A DNA stretch of 64,000 bases from Gammaproteobacteria bacterium (GCA_965238175.1 CBDEGZ010000003.1:1216001-1280000); one strand, 5' to 3'; shown: positions 1-9,459, counted from the first letter of the stretch. Program-made: numbers and translations. Notes: generated from the letters alone by a model not told the origin.

Positions 1-1535
1 ATGAATCTTCCGTCACCAGAAATGTCAGCTCGGTAGGAATCGTTATTCGCCTGTTCTGTACCAGAACCAATACTAACCCTGGTAAGGTTATTTGTTGCTA
101 ACTCATAAACAAAGATGTCGCTAGAATTATTACTATCTCCAGATATTAAATCTGACGCATCGCTTTCAAAGGCGACAAAACGCCCATCGGCAGAAATAGC
201 AGCACGTTGACTAGTATTGTTTCCCGCATTACCCGAATTATTTGTACTAAGTCGTTTCAAACTATCGTTATTTCTATCGAATAAGAATACATCAGTCGTA
301 CCATTAGAATCGCCCATAACCAGATTCGAAGCATCACTTTCGAAAACAATATACCGACCATCTGCAGAGATTACAGGCAGTCTACTGGCACCGTTGGCTT
401 CAGTTCCACTACTAGTCAGGCTGATCCGAGATGTTGTGGAAGATTGTGTGTTGCGAAGGAAGACATCTCTCTTTGAGTTGGAATCTCCTGAGATCAGGTT
501 TGAAGCAAAACTATCAAAAACGACAAATGTACCATCACCAGATTGATCGGGGTTTCGACTATTACCATTACTTTGAGAGCTGCTGGCAGTAACACTTATT
601 AGAGAGGTGTTGTCTGATTGCTTGTCATAAACAAAAATATCTAACCAAGAATTAGAATCACTTATAGTGAGATCAGATGCAAGACTATGAAAGGCTATGT
701 ATCTGCCACTAGCGGAAATTGATGGGTTACCACTCTCGGCATTTGGGTTATCGCCTGAGCTATCTACGCTCACTCTCGTCGTGAGGAAAGACACGATAGG
801 TGGACTAGCTGCAACAACATCAAAATCGAAACCAAAAAATTCAAGTATACCGTTCTGATAGCCATTGTGGTTAACGGTGAAGGTATAGTATTCATCTGCA
901 AAAAACGTTGCATTAATGTTCGTAAAGTTTTGGGAAGAACCATTCTCATCATCTCTTCCCTGTAAGTTAGATAAGTTAACTCCTAAACCCGAAATATCGA
1001 AATCTGGGATGTTACCAGAGTTTGAAGTATAGGCCGATGAGCTAATGCCATCAAAAATCACGGAATTGAGGTTTACATTGTGATCAAAAATAAGATCGAA
1101 AGTATGGCTGATATTGAAATCACCACTGAACGAAGAAATATTTGCATGTCCGGCAAAAAAACCGTGAGCTAGCGGAATGAAGGGTTGGTTGCCACTAAGG
1201 TTTGTGTTATCAGGCTGACCCGAGGAACGACTTAGATCTGGCGTATTATCGTTGCCTTGTATTCTTGCTGTAATGTTAAGTGGGTTGCCAGCGAAAGTTG
1301 TGCTGATTGTACTTCGATATCCGTCTGCATATTTATCAGCGCCTGCTATATTGTATGCAGTTTGATTACCTGAGGTAGTTACATTGTATGCGTTGCTTGG
1401 CAGTGAAAACACTAATGCATTAGCCTGGTTAGACAACAACGCACTGAGTATCAAAAAGATTGATCCTGAGTAGTTGCGAACGCAGTGTGATCTTACTAAG
1501 TGTGAAATTTGTCGACTGACATTCCTTTGTATCAT
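1..1535 (-). CDS. Secreted protein with TolB-like/PD40 beta-propeller repeats (runs off the left edge)
   Basis: Not in the ORF track; manual translation from ATG at 1535 stays open and gives a signal-like N-terminus plus repeated S(A/G)DGR(Y/F)(I/V)xFxSxAS(N/D)LxxxDxNxxxD(V/I)F units. Confidence 0.8.
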   Translation of the reverse strand, partial: MIQRNVSRQISHLVRSHCVRNYSGSIFLILSALLSNQANALVFSLPSNAYNVTTSGNQTAYNIAGADKYADGYRSTISTTFAGNPLNITARIQGNDNTPDLSRSSGQPDNTNLSGNQPFIPLAHGFFAGHANISSFSGDFNISHTFDLIFDHNVNLNSVIFDGISSSAYTSNSGNIPDFDISGLGVNLSNLQGRDDENGSSQNFTNINATFFADEYYTFTVNHNGYQNGILEFFGFDFDVVAASPPIVSFLTTRVSVDSSGDNPNAESGNPSISASGRYIAFHSLASDLTISDSNSWLDIFVYDKQSDNTSLISVTASSSQSNGNSRNPDQSGDGTFVVFDSFASNLISGDSNSKRDVFLRNTQSSTTSRISLTSSGTEANGASRLPVISADGRYIVFESDASNLVMGDSNGTTDVFLFDRNNDSLKRLSTNNSGNAGNNTSQRAAISADGRFVAFESDASDLISGDSNNSSDIFVYELATNNLTRVSIGSGTEQANNDSYRADISGDGRF

Positions 1536-1776
1536 TGTAGAATTAATTTAGTTCCGTAAAGTAAAGTTGGTAAACTATCTGGCTCGTAACAACGGGTGAT
1601 TATAACTATTTTCAAAGTTCAATTAGTAGTCAGCCACCTAATTTTTAACAACTTATTACGCATTCTTAAAGATACTATCGACATAAGTCAGGCGAAAATT
1701 TTAGGAAAATTTCATGGTATTTACTGAATATCTGATTTTTTAATATGAAAAAAAAAGCAACGCGCTTCGTTTAGAC

Positions 1777-2781
1777 ATGGAGATAACTATCCTAATCTCT
1801 GGTGATTTGAACGTCGATAATGCTGCAAAGATGAATTCCCTGAAGTGTATGAGTACTTATGGGGACAGGGAATTTTTGAGTCAAAATTTACTTGAACTTT
1901 TGTTTGGGCTTTTTGGAATAACAAACGAACAAAAAAAAGATTTGCCTGTAGCAGCAATTACAGCGCTTGCTGATCTGCAAAACTCTTCTGATCAGATCTG
2001 GTTACGAGCTGATCCCGTGATTATGAAGGCAGACATGACTTCATTAAGGTTGTTCGATAGTCGACACTTTTCTCTGGAAAAAAAAGTTGCTATGAAAATT
2101 ATTTCGAGACTCAATAAGTTTTTGGAAGGTGATGGTCTCCAGATAATATGTGGTGAGGATCCTCAGCGGTGGTATATTCCTATCTCAAGTTCTCCCAAAC
2201 TAAGAACAACCGCGCCGAGTATTGCAAATGGGCAAGACATTCGTGACTTTTTACCAGAGGGTCACGACCGCAAAGTTTGGAGAGTCTTGATGAGCGAAAT
2301 TCAAATGTTTTTATTTGATTTCTTGAATCATAAGACTCAAGAAAAATCCCCGATCAACAGTGTCTGGTTTTGGGGTACTGGGGATCTTCCGAAACCAATA
2401 ACTTGTCAATTTGACTCTGTTATTAGCAATGATGTTAACGCGATAGGACTGGCGCAATGGGCGAATATTCCTTGTCAGTCACTCACGGAGAGTTTCCAGG
2501 ATCATATAGAACAATGTCAGGACGATAAAAAAATATTAATAGTTTTGTCACAGGACGATCTGGCTTTATCCTGTTTTGATCCATTTAAACAAGCTATGTG
2601 GTTGAGCGAGATGGAAAAGAATGTCTTCAATCCAATATTTAGATTACTAAAAAAAGGAAAGGTCAAAAGCATAAAGCTCAACAGTGCCGATCAATATTGC
2701 AGCATAAAACCTATCCACCTTTTCCGCTTTTGGCGTAAAAAAAACTTATGCATGAGTTTAAAAACAACAGAGATTAAATGA
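1777..2781 (+). CDS. RpfE-type / phosphoglycerate-mutase-like protein typically found upstream of recJ
   Basis: WLRADPV, SEIQMFL and INSVWFWG motifs; overlaps the recJ start. Confidence 0.65.
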   Translation: MEITILISGDLNVDNAAKMNSLKCMSTYGDREFLSQNLLELLFGLFGITNEQKKDLPVAAITALADLQNSSDQIWLRADPVIMKADMTSLRLFDSRHFSLEKKVAMKIISRLNKFLEGDGLQIICGEDPQRWYIPISSSPKLRTTAPSIANGQDIRDFLPEGHDRKVWRVLMSEIQMFLFDFLNHKTQEKSPINSVWFWGTGDLPKPITCQFDSVISNDVNAIGLAQWANIPCQSLTESFQDHIEQCQDDKKILIVLSQDDLALSCFDPFKQAMWLSEMEKNVFNPIFRLLKKGKVKSIKLNSADQYCSIKPIHLFRFWRKKNLCMSLKTTEIK

Positions 2782-4502
2782 GTATAAAAATAAAAAGAAG
2801 ATCGATTCCTAAAGCTAGCGGGTTTGTAGGTTTACATCCTGTTTTAGAACGAGTTTATGCTGCCAGAAATATAAAAAATCAGCATGAGCTTGATTATGGC
2901 TTGGCAGGATTGATCAGTTTTTCAGAATTATTAGGTATTGAGCCAGCAGTTGATCTTGTTGTTGATGTGCTTGCTAAAAATCAGCGGATTTTAATCGTTG
3001 CAGATTTTGATGCAGATGGGGCAACCAGCTGTGCGTTGGCAGTTCGAGGTTTGCGCGCTATGGGTGCAAAAGATGTCCGCTACGTTGTACCGAATCGTTT
3101 TGAATATGGATATGGTTTAACACCCGAAATCGTCGAAGTTGCGGCCAAAGAAAACCCCGATTTGATCATCACTGTTGATAATGGAATTGCAAGTAATGAG
3201 GGTGTTGCAGCGGCTAAAAAAATGGGTATAAAAGTACTAGTGACAGATCATCATTTACCGGGTGAACATTTACCTGATGCCGATGCCATTGTGAATCCCA
3301 ATCAAGATGAGGACGATTTCCCGAGTAAAGCCTTAGCTGGCGTGGGGGTCATGTTTTATCTGTTGATGGCTTTACGATCAAAGTTACGACAGTCTGGCTG
3401 GTTTGAGCAACAAGGTATTTCTGATCCAAATCTGGCTCAGTGGTTAGATATTGTCGCTTTAGGAACCGTTGCCGATGTTGTGCCGCTAGATCGAAATAAT
3501 CGAATTTTGGTTTCTCAAGGACTAGCGAGGATTAGAAAAGGTGCTGGATGCATGGGAATTCGAGCAATATCTGAAGTTGCAAAGCGAGATTTCCGGAATC
3601 TCACATCATCCGATTTAGGATTTGCGATTGGCCCCCGGTTGAATGCTGCTGGTCGTCTTGATGATATGTCGTTAGGGATTGAATGCTTGCTTAGTGACGA
3701 TGAGCAAAAAGCTAAGCAGCTTGCGATACAACTTGATCAATTAAACCATGTAAGACGCGAAATTGGTGATCAAATGTTGGGAGAAGCAGTACAAATTATG
3801 GATAAACTGGATCTTGAAAATGACGAGATCCCATTTGGATTATGTCTGCATGATCAAGACTGGCATCAAGGTGTGATCGGAATTCTGGCTTCACGTATAA
3901 AAGATCAACATCATCGACCGGTGATTGTATTTGCTACTGTGGAAGAGGGTGGGTTAAAAGGATCTGCACGCTCGGTAAAAGGCGTTCATATTCGAGATGT
4001 CCTGGATACAGTTGCCACACAAAACCCTGCGATGATCAATAAGTTTGGTGGACATGCAATGGCGGCCGGTTTGACCATAGCACAAGATTATTATGAAGAC
4101 TTTAAGCAGGCGTTTGATCAAGAAGTTCGAAAACATCTTAATAAAGAAGATTTACAAGATGTGATCAAATCAGACGGTGAGTTAAGTGCTGAAGAAATCA
4201 CGATAGATCTGGCCGAACAGCTTCGTTTTGCTGGGCCATGGGGACAGGCGTTTCCAGAACCCGTTTTTGATGGTGTATTTGAAATAGAAAGTGTAAGAAT
4301 CGTTGCTGAAAAGCATTTGAAAGTTTTGCTAAGAATTCCAAATTCAGAAATACTCGTTGATGGCATTGCTTTTAATATAACAAACCATGACTGGCCGACA
4401 GTTGTGTCGAAAGTTGAAGTTGCTTATCAGTTAGATCTAAACGAATTTCGTGGTAATCGAAATGCGCAAATGTTGATCCGACATATTTCGCCAATGTCAT
4501 AG
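2778..4502 (+). CDS. recJ: Single-stranded DNA exonuclease RecJ
   Basis: DFDADG, ITVDNG, TDHH (DHH family), GTVADVV, PRLNAAGR and FGGHAMAAG motifs. Confidence 0.97.
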   Translation: MSIKIKRRSIPKASGFVGLHPVLERVYAARNIKNQHELDYGLAGLISFSELLGIEPAVDLVVDVLAKNQRILIVADFDADGATSCALAVRGLRAMGAKDVRYVVPNRFEYGYGLTPEIVEVAAKENPDLIITVDNGIASNEGVAAAKKMGIKVLVTDHHLPGEHLPDADAIVNPNQDEDDFPSKALAGVGVMFYLLMALRSKLRQSGWFEQQGISDPNLAQWLDIVALGTVADVVPLDRNNRILVSQGLARIRKGAGCMGIRAISEVAKRDFRNLTSSDLGFAIGPRLNAAGRLDDMSLGIECLLSDDEQKAKQLAIQLDQLNHVRREIGDQMLGEAVQIMDKLDLENDEIPFGLCLHDQDWHQGVIGILASRIKDQHHRPVIVFATVEEGGLKGSARSVKGVHIRDVLDTVATQNPAMINKFGGHAMAAGLTIAQDYYEDFKQAFDQEVRKHLNKEDLQDVIKSDGELSAEEITIDLAEQLRFAGPWGQAFPEPVFDGVFEIESVRIVAEKHLKVLLRIPNSEILVDGIAFNITNHDWPTVVSKVEVAYQLDLNEFRGNRNAQMLIRHISPMS

Positions 4503-4617
4503 GTTTTGGTTTATGCCGACAAAAATTAAGTGTAGTTGGAAATGAGCGGAGTGTATGTGAGTTTACTAAAAATTCTTTCTAATATTGTCGCTTTGAAAAC
4601 ATTATTGATCCATTGTT

Positions 4618-4633
4618 TGTGATGATTGTCACA
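4618..4633. promoter_or_regulatory. CRP/FNR-family binding site upstream of the first PEP-CTERM gene
   Basis: Exact TGTGA-N6-TCACA (TGTGA TGATTG TCACA). Confidence 0.55.
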
Positions 4634-4777
4634 ATTTCGGGTTAAATAACGCTACCTACCTTTACTTGTTAGTTTTGTATATTAGTATGTTATCAAGGCA
4701 TCAGGGTCATGGACAGGATGTTCAGCCAAAATGCCACTGATAAAGGATTATCAATATTCATTACATGGAGATACAAC

Positions 4778-5389
4778 ATGAAGTTCACAGCCAAAGGATT
4801 GATATTAATCGTCTCATCGATGGTTACATTTTCTGCACAAGCAACGGTCTACAGTTTTTCCTCGGAGTTTAAAAATCGCGCAATGGAAACTTATTCCACA
4901 TCTTGGAATACGGATAGTGATGTCCTTAGTCTGACTTCCAAATTTAATAATAGTCGCGGAAAAGTAGATAATATTCGATTTACGTTGACCGATGGTGCTG
5001 TGCCAAATAGAGCTAAGCAATACTTCACATACAACTTGGATTTAGTAAACAACAAAGTAAGTGTTAGAGATTATTGGAATGGCGGAAAAGAAATCGCTGC
5101 CTTTGAGAATATTATTGATATTAAACAAGGTGAATTTTCCTTGAACCTTGACCATACTGGCTTTGACAAAAAGTATAACGTCGGTTTCGGAGATAAACTT
5201 GGTATTTGGCATTTTGTTCATAGTAAGGGTAAAAAGATAGACCAAGTAGATCAAAGTAATGTGAGAACCACTAAAGTAGATCTTCCACCGGTATCTCCGA
5301 CTAGTGTATCAGAGCCCAGTACGATGGCATTAATGGGTTTAGGATTGTTAGGATTGATAGCTAGCCGTAGAAAGTTCGCTAAGAAATAA
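4778..5389 (+). CDS. PEP-CTERM sorting-domain surface protein, paralogue A
   Basis: GGAG RBS before ATG 4778; signal peptide ending FSAQA; C-terminal VSEPSTMALMGLGLLGL followed by RRKFAKK. Confidence 0.85.
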   Translation: MKFTAKGLILIVSSMVTFSAQATVYSFSSEFKNRAMETYSTSWNTDSDVLSLTSKFNNSRGKVDNIRFTLTDGAVPNRAKQYFTYNLDLVNNKVSVRDYWNGGKEIAAFENIIDIKQGEFSLNLDHTGFDKKYNVGFGDKLGIWHFVHSKGKKIDQVDQSNVRTTKVDLPPVSPTSVSEPSTMALMGLGLLGLIASRRKFAKK

Positions 5390-5445
5390 GCTAAACAAAC
5401 CTAATGCGAAGGCTATAATCAGCAGAAGCTTTCATTTAAATTTAC

Positions 5446-5477
5446 AAAAAAGCCGAAGTTTATCTTCGGCTTTTTTG
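5446..5477 (+). terminator. Rho-independent terminator
   Basis: AAAAAGCCGAAG-loop-CTTCGGCTTTTTT; near-identical copies follow the other two paralogues. Confidence 0.85.
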
Positions 5478-5499
5478 ATTAAGAAATAGAGACTTTAAC

Positions 5500-6105
5500 T
5501 ACCCCCAACTCATGACAAGAAACTGAACTAAAAGCCCGCTCTTTGTTCAGATCAATTGAGACCTAAACAACAGACGAACTGTTTGTATGGTTTCAACTAC
5601 ACCTCACCAACCATCAAGGGAATATTTTAGCCACCAAAATCGCAACTGGTAATGTCGAGGATTGTCAGCCTGATCCTGAACTCTGCGAGAGGACGACCGG
5701 CAAACTTTACAGGGATAAAAGCTACACCAGTAACGCTTTATCCAACAATTTATTTGATGAAGACGTTGAACTGGTCATCCATGTTTGGAAAAACAGGAAA
5801 GCAAAAGTCACTTCACTCTGGGTCGGTAATTGCTCCTGCATTACCAAAACTCCCCCTTCCATGGTAGTCAGACAGAGCTATGCTGAATCGGTGTTTTGTT
5901 ATTGAAAGATCAATGGCCAATTGAAAAAGATGACTCAGACAGAACACTCAAAACACCACTCTGCGCATGGTTTATATTGTTGAATCTTGTCGGTTGATTG
6001 CTTACTGTCTTAAAAATGAAGCCTTTTTTGGAAATTATCGAGTGATGATTTTGAGTGTTTGAAACAGGCGTTAGTGACTGTGGCTTAAAACGCTCTCGAG
6101 TTAAC
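5500..6105 (+). pseudogene. Degraded IS982-family transposase remnant
   Basis: Broken frames give YGF.LHL..NHQG.I...K...GNV.D, KLYRDKSY and QLKKMTQTEHSKHHSAHGF, matching the IS982 pattern GDKGY...QIEHSRHRS..GF. Boundaries approximate. Confidence 0.65.
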
Positions 6106-6354
6106 TAAAATGGACTGAGTATTTTAACCTGAACTTGGGATGAAAACGACAATAAAAACCCTAAAATACAATGAGTTATATGAAAACGCGGTGACTGTTT
6201 TGTCCAGCAGGCTTCTTTTCGTGGCTATTTTAAGGCGGAGTTGCGTAGTAATAGTGGGCTATTGGAAACAACTCCAACGTATAGAGGCGCTAAAAGAAGT
6301 CTGCTGGATGGGTGTTTATTATCCCGAGTTCATATATGGTCTCCTCCCGTATTG

Positions 6355-6555
6355 CAAGATAAAACATTCAGATAACAGGGACAGGATTGCTGTCATATAT
6401 ACGGCCTTCAATGAAGTTTTCAACTTCTGACCTGGATGTATTACGCGCCTATTTTCCTTATCAGGTTATCGGTATTAGTTACCCCTGAGCTCGACAGGTT
6501 TTCAATAGGCTGGTTTGACCTGTTATGCCATCTTTAGTTTTACCTTCGCAATTCG
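6355..6555 (-). ncRNA. Predicted bridge RNA / seekRNA of the IS1111-type element
   Basis: Contains ATAACCTGA (equals left target flank plus core), CGAGcTCA (complement of right target flank), ATATATGA (equals donor junction) and ACATC, within stem-flanked loops. RNA ends are estimated. Confidence 0.75.
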
Positions 6556-6578
6556 TTGAAATGATTTGTTCTCTCTAT

Positions 6579-7592
6579 TTAGGCCGGTGAGTAGTCATCA
6601 CCAGAAACCGTTATAGCCCAGGCCATTCTTGCCATTTTGTTGGCATACGCCACACACGCTCGATTATGCCCCCGCGTCTCAACTAAACGATTAATCCATT
6701 GACTCAGTTTATCGCCTTTCGTTTTGGCTCTTGATACCACGGCCTTCGCGCCTAGAATTAACAAACAACGAAGGTATTTATTGCCGCGTTTACTGATCCC
6801 CAGTAGCACCTCTTTACCACCACTACTGTACTGTCGTGGAACAAGTCCTAATGAGGCGGACACATCGCGCCCTTTGTGATAATGAGCGCCGTTTCCCACT
6901 TCATTAAAATACGCGCTCGAGACCATCGGCCCAAACCCTGGAATAGTTTGTAAGCGTTGGCAAATCGCATTGTTTTTTGCCGATTGAATGATCAATTGGT
7001 CAAATGTCGCAATACAGGCATCAAGTGATTGCCATTGTTCCTTTAGCTGGCGCAGTATCCTTTTGAAAGTAACGGACAACCGTTCGTTCTCATCACTTAA
7101 TAGCAACGGGATAGATTGACGTAGGGTATTTAGGCCGGGACGAAGGCTAATGCCATATTCTGCAACAAGCGCTCTCATTTGGTTACATAATGCGGTTCTT
7201 TGTCTGACCGCTAAGTCTCTTGCTTTATGTTGTGCCTGGTTGTCTTGTTGCTCAACTGATTTAATGCCCACACTTTTTAAATGAGGTTGTTTCGCAGCAA
7301 CGGCGATGGCCAAGGCATCGTTATAATCATTCTTATTGCCGATTAGAAATGCGTTAACATGCTGAGGTGGTAGTAATTTCACCTGATGTCCCTGTTGTTG
7401 TATCGCTCGGGCCCAATACTGTGACGTTGCACAAGATTCTATTGCGACTAAACAAGGAGGTTGAGATTGAAAAAAGGAGAGTACCTGCGCTCGCTTTAAC
7501 ATTTTCTTTTTGATTATACGCCCTTGTTGATTACAGCAGACAGCATGAAATACGTTTTTTGCTATGTCTAACCCGATTGTTGTAGTCTTCAT
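6579..7592 (-). CDS. IS110-family DEDD recombinase/transposase
   Basis: GLDIAK, AIESC, KNDYND catalytic residues; C-terminal GLVPRQYSSGGK serine motif; RBS GAGGAG before ATG 7592. Confidence 0.95.
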   Translation of the reverse strand: MKTTTIGLDIAKNVFHAVCCNQQGRIIKKKMLKRAQVLSFFQSQPPCLVAIESCATSQYWARAIQQQGHQVKLLPPQHVNAFLIGNKNDYNDALAIAVAAKQPHLKSVGIKSVEQQDNQAQHKARDLAVRQRTALCNQMRALVAEYGISLRPGLNTLRQSIPLLLSDENERLSVTFKRILRQLKEQWQSLDACIATFDQLIIQSAKNNAICQRLQTIPGFGPMVSSAYFNEVGNGAHYHKGRDVSASLGLVPRQYSSGGKEVLLGISKRGNKYLRCLLILGAKAVVSRAKTKGDKLSQWINRLVETRGHNRACVAYANKMARMAWAITVSGDDYSPA

Positions 7593-7885
7593 TTTGGTCT
7601 TCTCCTCTTTTGATTGTGTGTATGTCAGTTCAATCATGGCACCTAGATGCCGTTAGGGGGAGGAGACCATCACATCAGGTTATTGTTAGATACATTGTGC
7701 ATAAAACTGTGTCAAAGTGACAGAACAATGTCACAAATTATAAACTAAGAGGTCTTGCTATTTACTTACGTCAATTATTCATTAACTATGGGCACGTATA
7801 TTGGGTTCCTGAACTGGACGTTTGATAAAGAACCACAGATAAAGGATTATCAATTTTTACTATAACAATTATAAGGAGATACAAC

Positions 7886-8509
7886 ATGAAATTCACAGCC
7901 AAAAAATTAGTTCCCGCTATTGTTTTAACCGTAGCATCAACCATCACATTTTCAGCACAAGCGACTATTTATAGTTTCTCAAAAACAGTTACTGGCAAGG
8001 CGATAGAAACTTTTTCGACTTCCTGGAATACTCAAAATAATGTTCTCAAACTATCATCAAGCTTCAATAGTAATAAAGGATATATTGACAGGTACTCCTT
8101 TGTTTTGACAGGTGGTGGTGGCCCTCGCGGAGCAGAGGAATATTTCAACTATAATTTAGATTTGGTGAGCAACCGTGTAACTGTCACTGACTATCGTGAC
8201 CAGACTAACATATTAGCGACATTTGATAATATTATCGATATTAAACAAGGTAGCTTTTCAGTGAGTCTTGATCATACGGGTGCTGGTAACAATTACAATA
8301 TTGGATATGGAGAAGACATTGGTATTTGGAACTTTTTGCATAGTGGTGGTAGGTTGGTAGATCAGCTTGATGTCCATAGTGCAAAAACTACTGCGACACA
8401 ATCACCTACTCCTGGTACTGGCGTATCTGTATCAGAGCCGGGCACATTAGCATTAATGGGCTTAGGATTGTTAGGGATGGTTAGCCGTAGGAAGTTGGCT
8501 AAGAAATAA
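7886..8509 (+). CDS. PEP-CTERM sorting-domain surface protein, paralogue B
   Basis: Signal peptide; VSEPGTLALMGLGLLGMVSRRK; homologous to paralogues A and C. Confidence 0.85.
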   Translation: MKFTAKKLVPAIVLTVASTITFSAQATIYSFSKTVTGKAIETFSTSWNTQNNVLKLSSSFNSNKGYIDRYSFVLTGGGGPRGAEEYFNYNLDLVSNRVTVTDYRDQTNILATFDNIIDIKQGSFSVSLDHTGAGNNYNIGYGEDIGIWNFLHSGGRLVDQLDVHSAKTTATQSPTPGTGVSVSEPGTLALMGLGLLGMVSRRKLAKK

Positions 8510-8535
8510 GAATAAGTCATTTTAATTTGACACTC

Positions 8536-8566
8536 AAAGCCGAAGTTAATCTTCGGCTTTTTTTTG
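8536..8566 (+). terminator. Rho-independent terminator
   Basis: AAAGCCGAAG-TTAAT-CTTCGGCTTT plus T-run. Confidence 0.85.
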
Positions 8567-8793
8567 TTCAAGGGATAGAGTTTCAGACTTTACTTAAAAC
8601 GAACTGAGTATTTTAGATACACTGCGCATAGAATTGTGTCAAAGTGACAGAAGAATGTCACAAATTATAAATTAAAAGGCCTTGCTATTTACTTACGTCA
8701 ATTATTCATTATTATAGACACATACATCGGGTTCCTGAACCGGACGTTCAGTTGATAAAGGATTATCAATTTTTACTTATAAGGAGATACAGT

Positions 8794-9459
8794 ATGAAAT
8801 TCACAGCTAAAAAGTTAGTTCCTGCCATTATTTTAACCGTAGCATCGACCATCGCATTTTCAGCACAAGCGGCATTACTTCCTGATCATGATGTTTATAG
8901 TTACTCAACTTCCTTTAACAATCGCGCAACAGAAAGCTTTTCCACGTCTTGGAATACAGCCACTAATGTACTTAGTCTTTCTTCCATGTTTAATAATGAT
9001 TATGGCAAAGTGGATAATATCCGATTTACGTTGACTGATGGCGCCGCGCCAGATCGCGCCAGGCAATACTTCTCATACAATCTGGATTTAGTAAACAACA
9101 AAGTTACTGTTGGAGATCTTTGGAATGGCGGAAAAGAAATTGCGTCTTTTGATAATATTATCGATATTAAAGACGGTAAACTGTCATTAAAACTTGATCA
9201 TTCTAGTTTTGACAAAAAGTATAATGTTGGTTTTGGAAACAATCTTGGTGTCTGGCATTATGTGTACAGTAAAGGTAAACAAATAGATCAATTGGATCTG
9301 AATAATGTTGGAACCAGGGTAGACCGCGTAATAGTAGATCCGCCAGCGGTGATAGAACCACCTGTTACCGGCGTATCTGTATCAGAGCCGGGCACATTAG
9401 CATTAATGGGCTTAGGATTGTTAGGGATGGTTGGCCGTAGGAAGTTAACTAAGAAATAA
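8794..9459 (+). CDS. PEP-CTERM sorting-domain surface protein, paralogue C
   Basis: AAGGAG RBS before ATG 8794; signal peptide; VSEPGTLALMGLGLLGMVGRRK. Confidence 0.85.
   Translation: MKFTAKKLVPAIILTVASTIAFSAQAALLPDHDVYSYSTSFNNRATESFSTSWNTATNVLSLSSMFNNDYGKVDNIRFTLTDGAAPDRARQYFSYNLDLVNNKVTVGDLWNGGKEIASFDNIIDIKDGKLSLKLDHSSFDKKYNVGFGNNLGVWHYVYSKGKQIDQLDLNNVGTRVDRVIVDPPAVIEPPVTGVSVSEPGTLALMGLGLLGMVGRRKLTKK

Larger units (their letters stand above)
6333..7677 (-). mobile_element. IS110-family, IS1111-subgroup insertion sequence (1345 bp)
   Basis: Subterminal IRs ATGGTCTCCTCCC (6336-6348) and GGGAGGAGACCAT (7658-7670), offset 3 and 7 bp from the ends; TCA core at both junctions; long non-coding region 3' of the transposase. 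Confidence 0.92.
6127..7680. mobile_element. MITE of about 210 bp (6127-6332 plus 7678-7680) with TA duplication; right TIR split by the IS1111-type element
   Basis: Left TIR ACCTGAACTTGGGAT; reconstructed right TIR ATCCCGAGTTCA|GGT; TA at 6125-6126 and 7681-7682; long internal palindrome (CCAGCAGGCTTCTTTT...AAAAGAAGTCTGCTGG). Confidence 0.75.

Noticed and set aside
217-546. 109-aa plus-strand ORF, and other short antisense ORFs inside core genes
   Set aside because: Antisense shadows of longer well-supported genes.
6140-6430. 96-aa ORF
   Set aside because: It spans the MITE and the IS end; a chance junction frame.
4778-9459. Diversity-generating retroelement or shufflon behind the PEP-CTERM paralogues
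   Set aside because: No reverse transcriptase or invertase nearby, differences are not adenine-specific, and all copies are in the same orientation.
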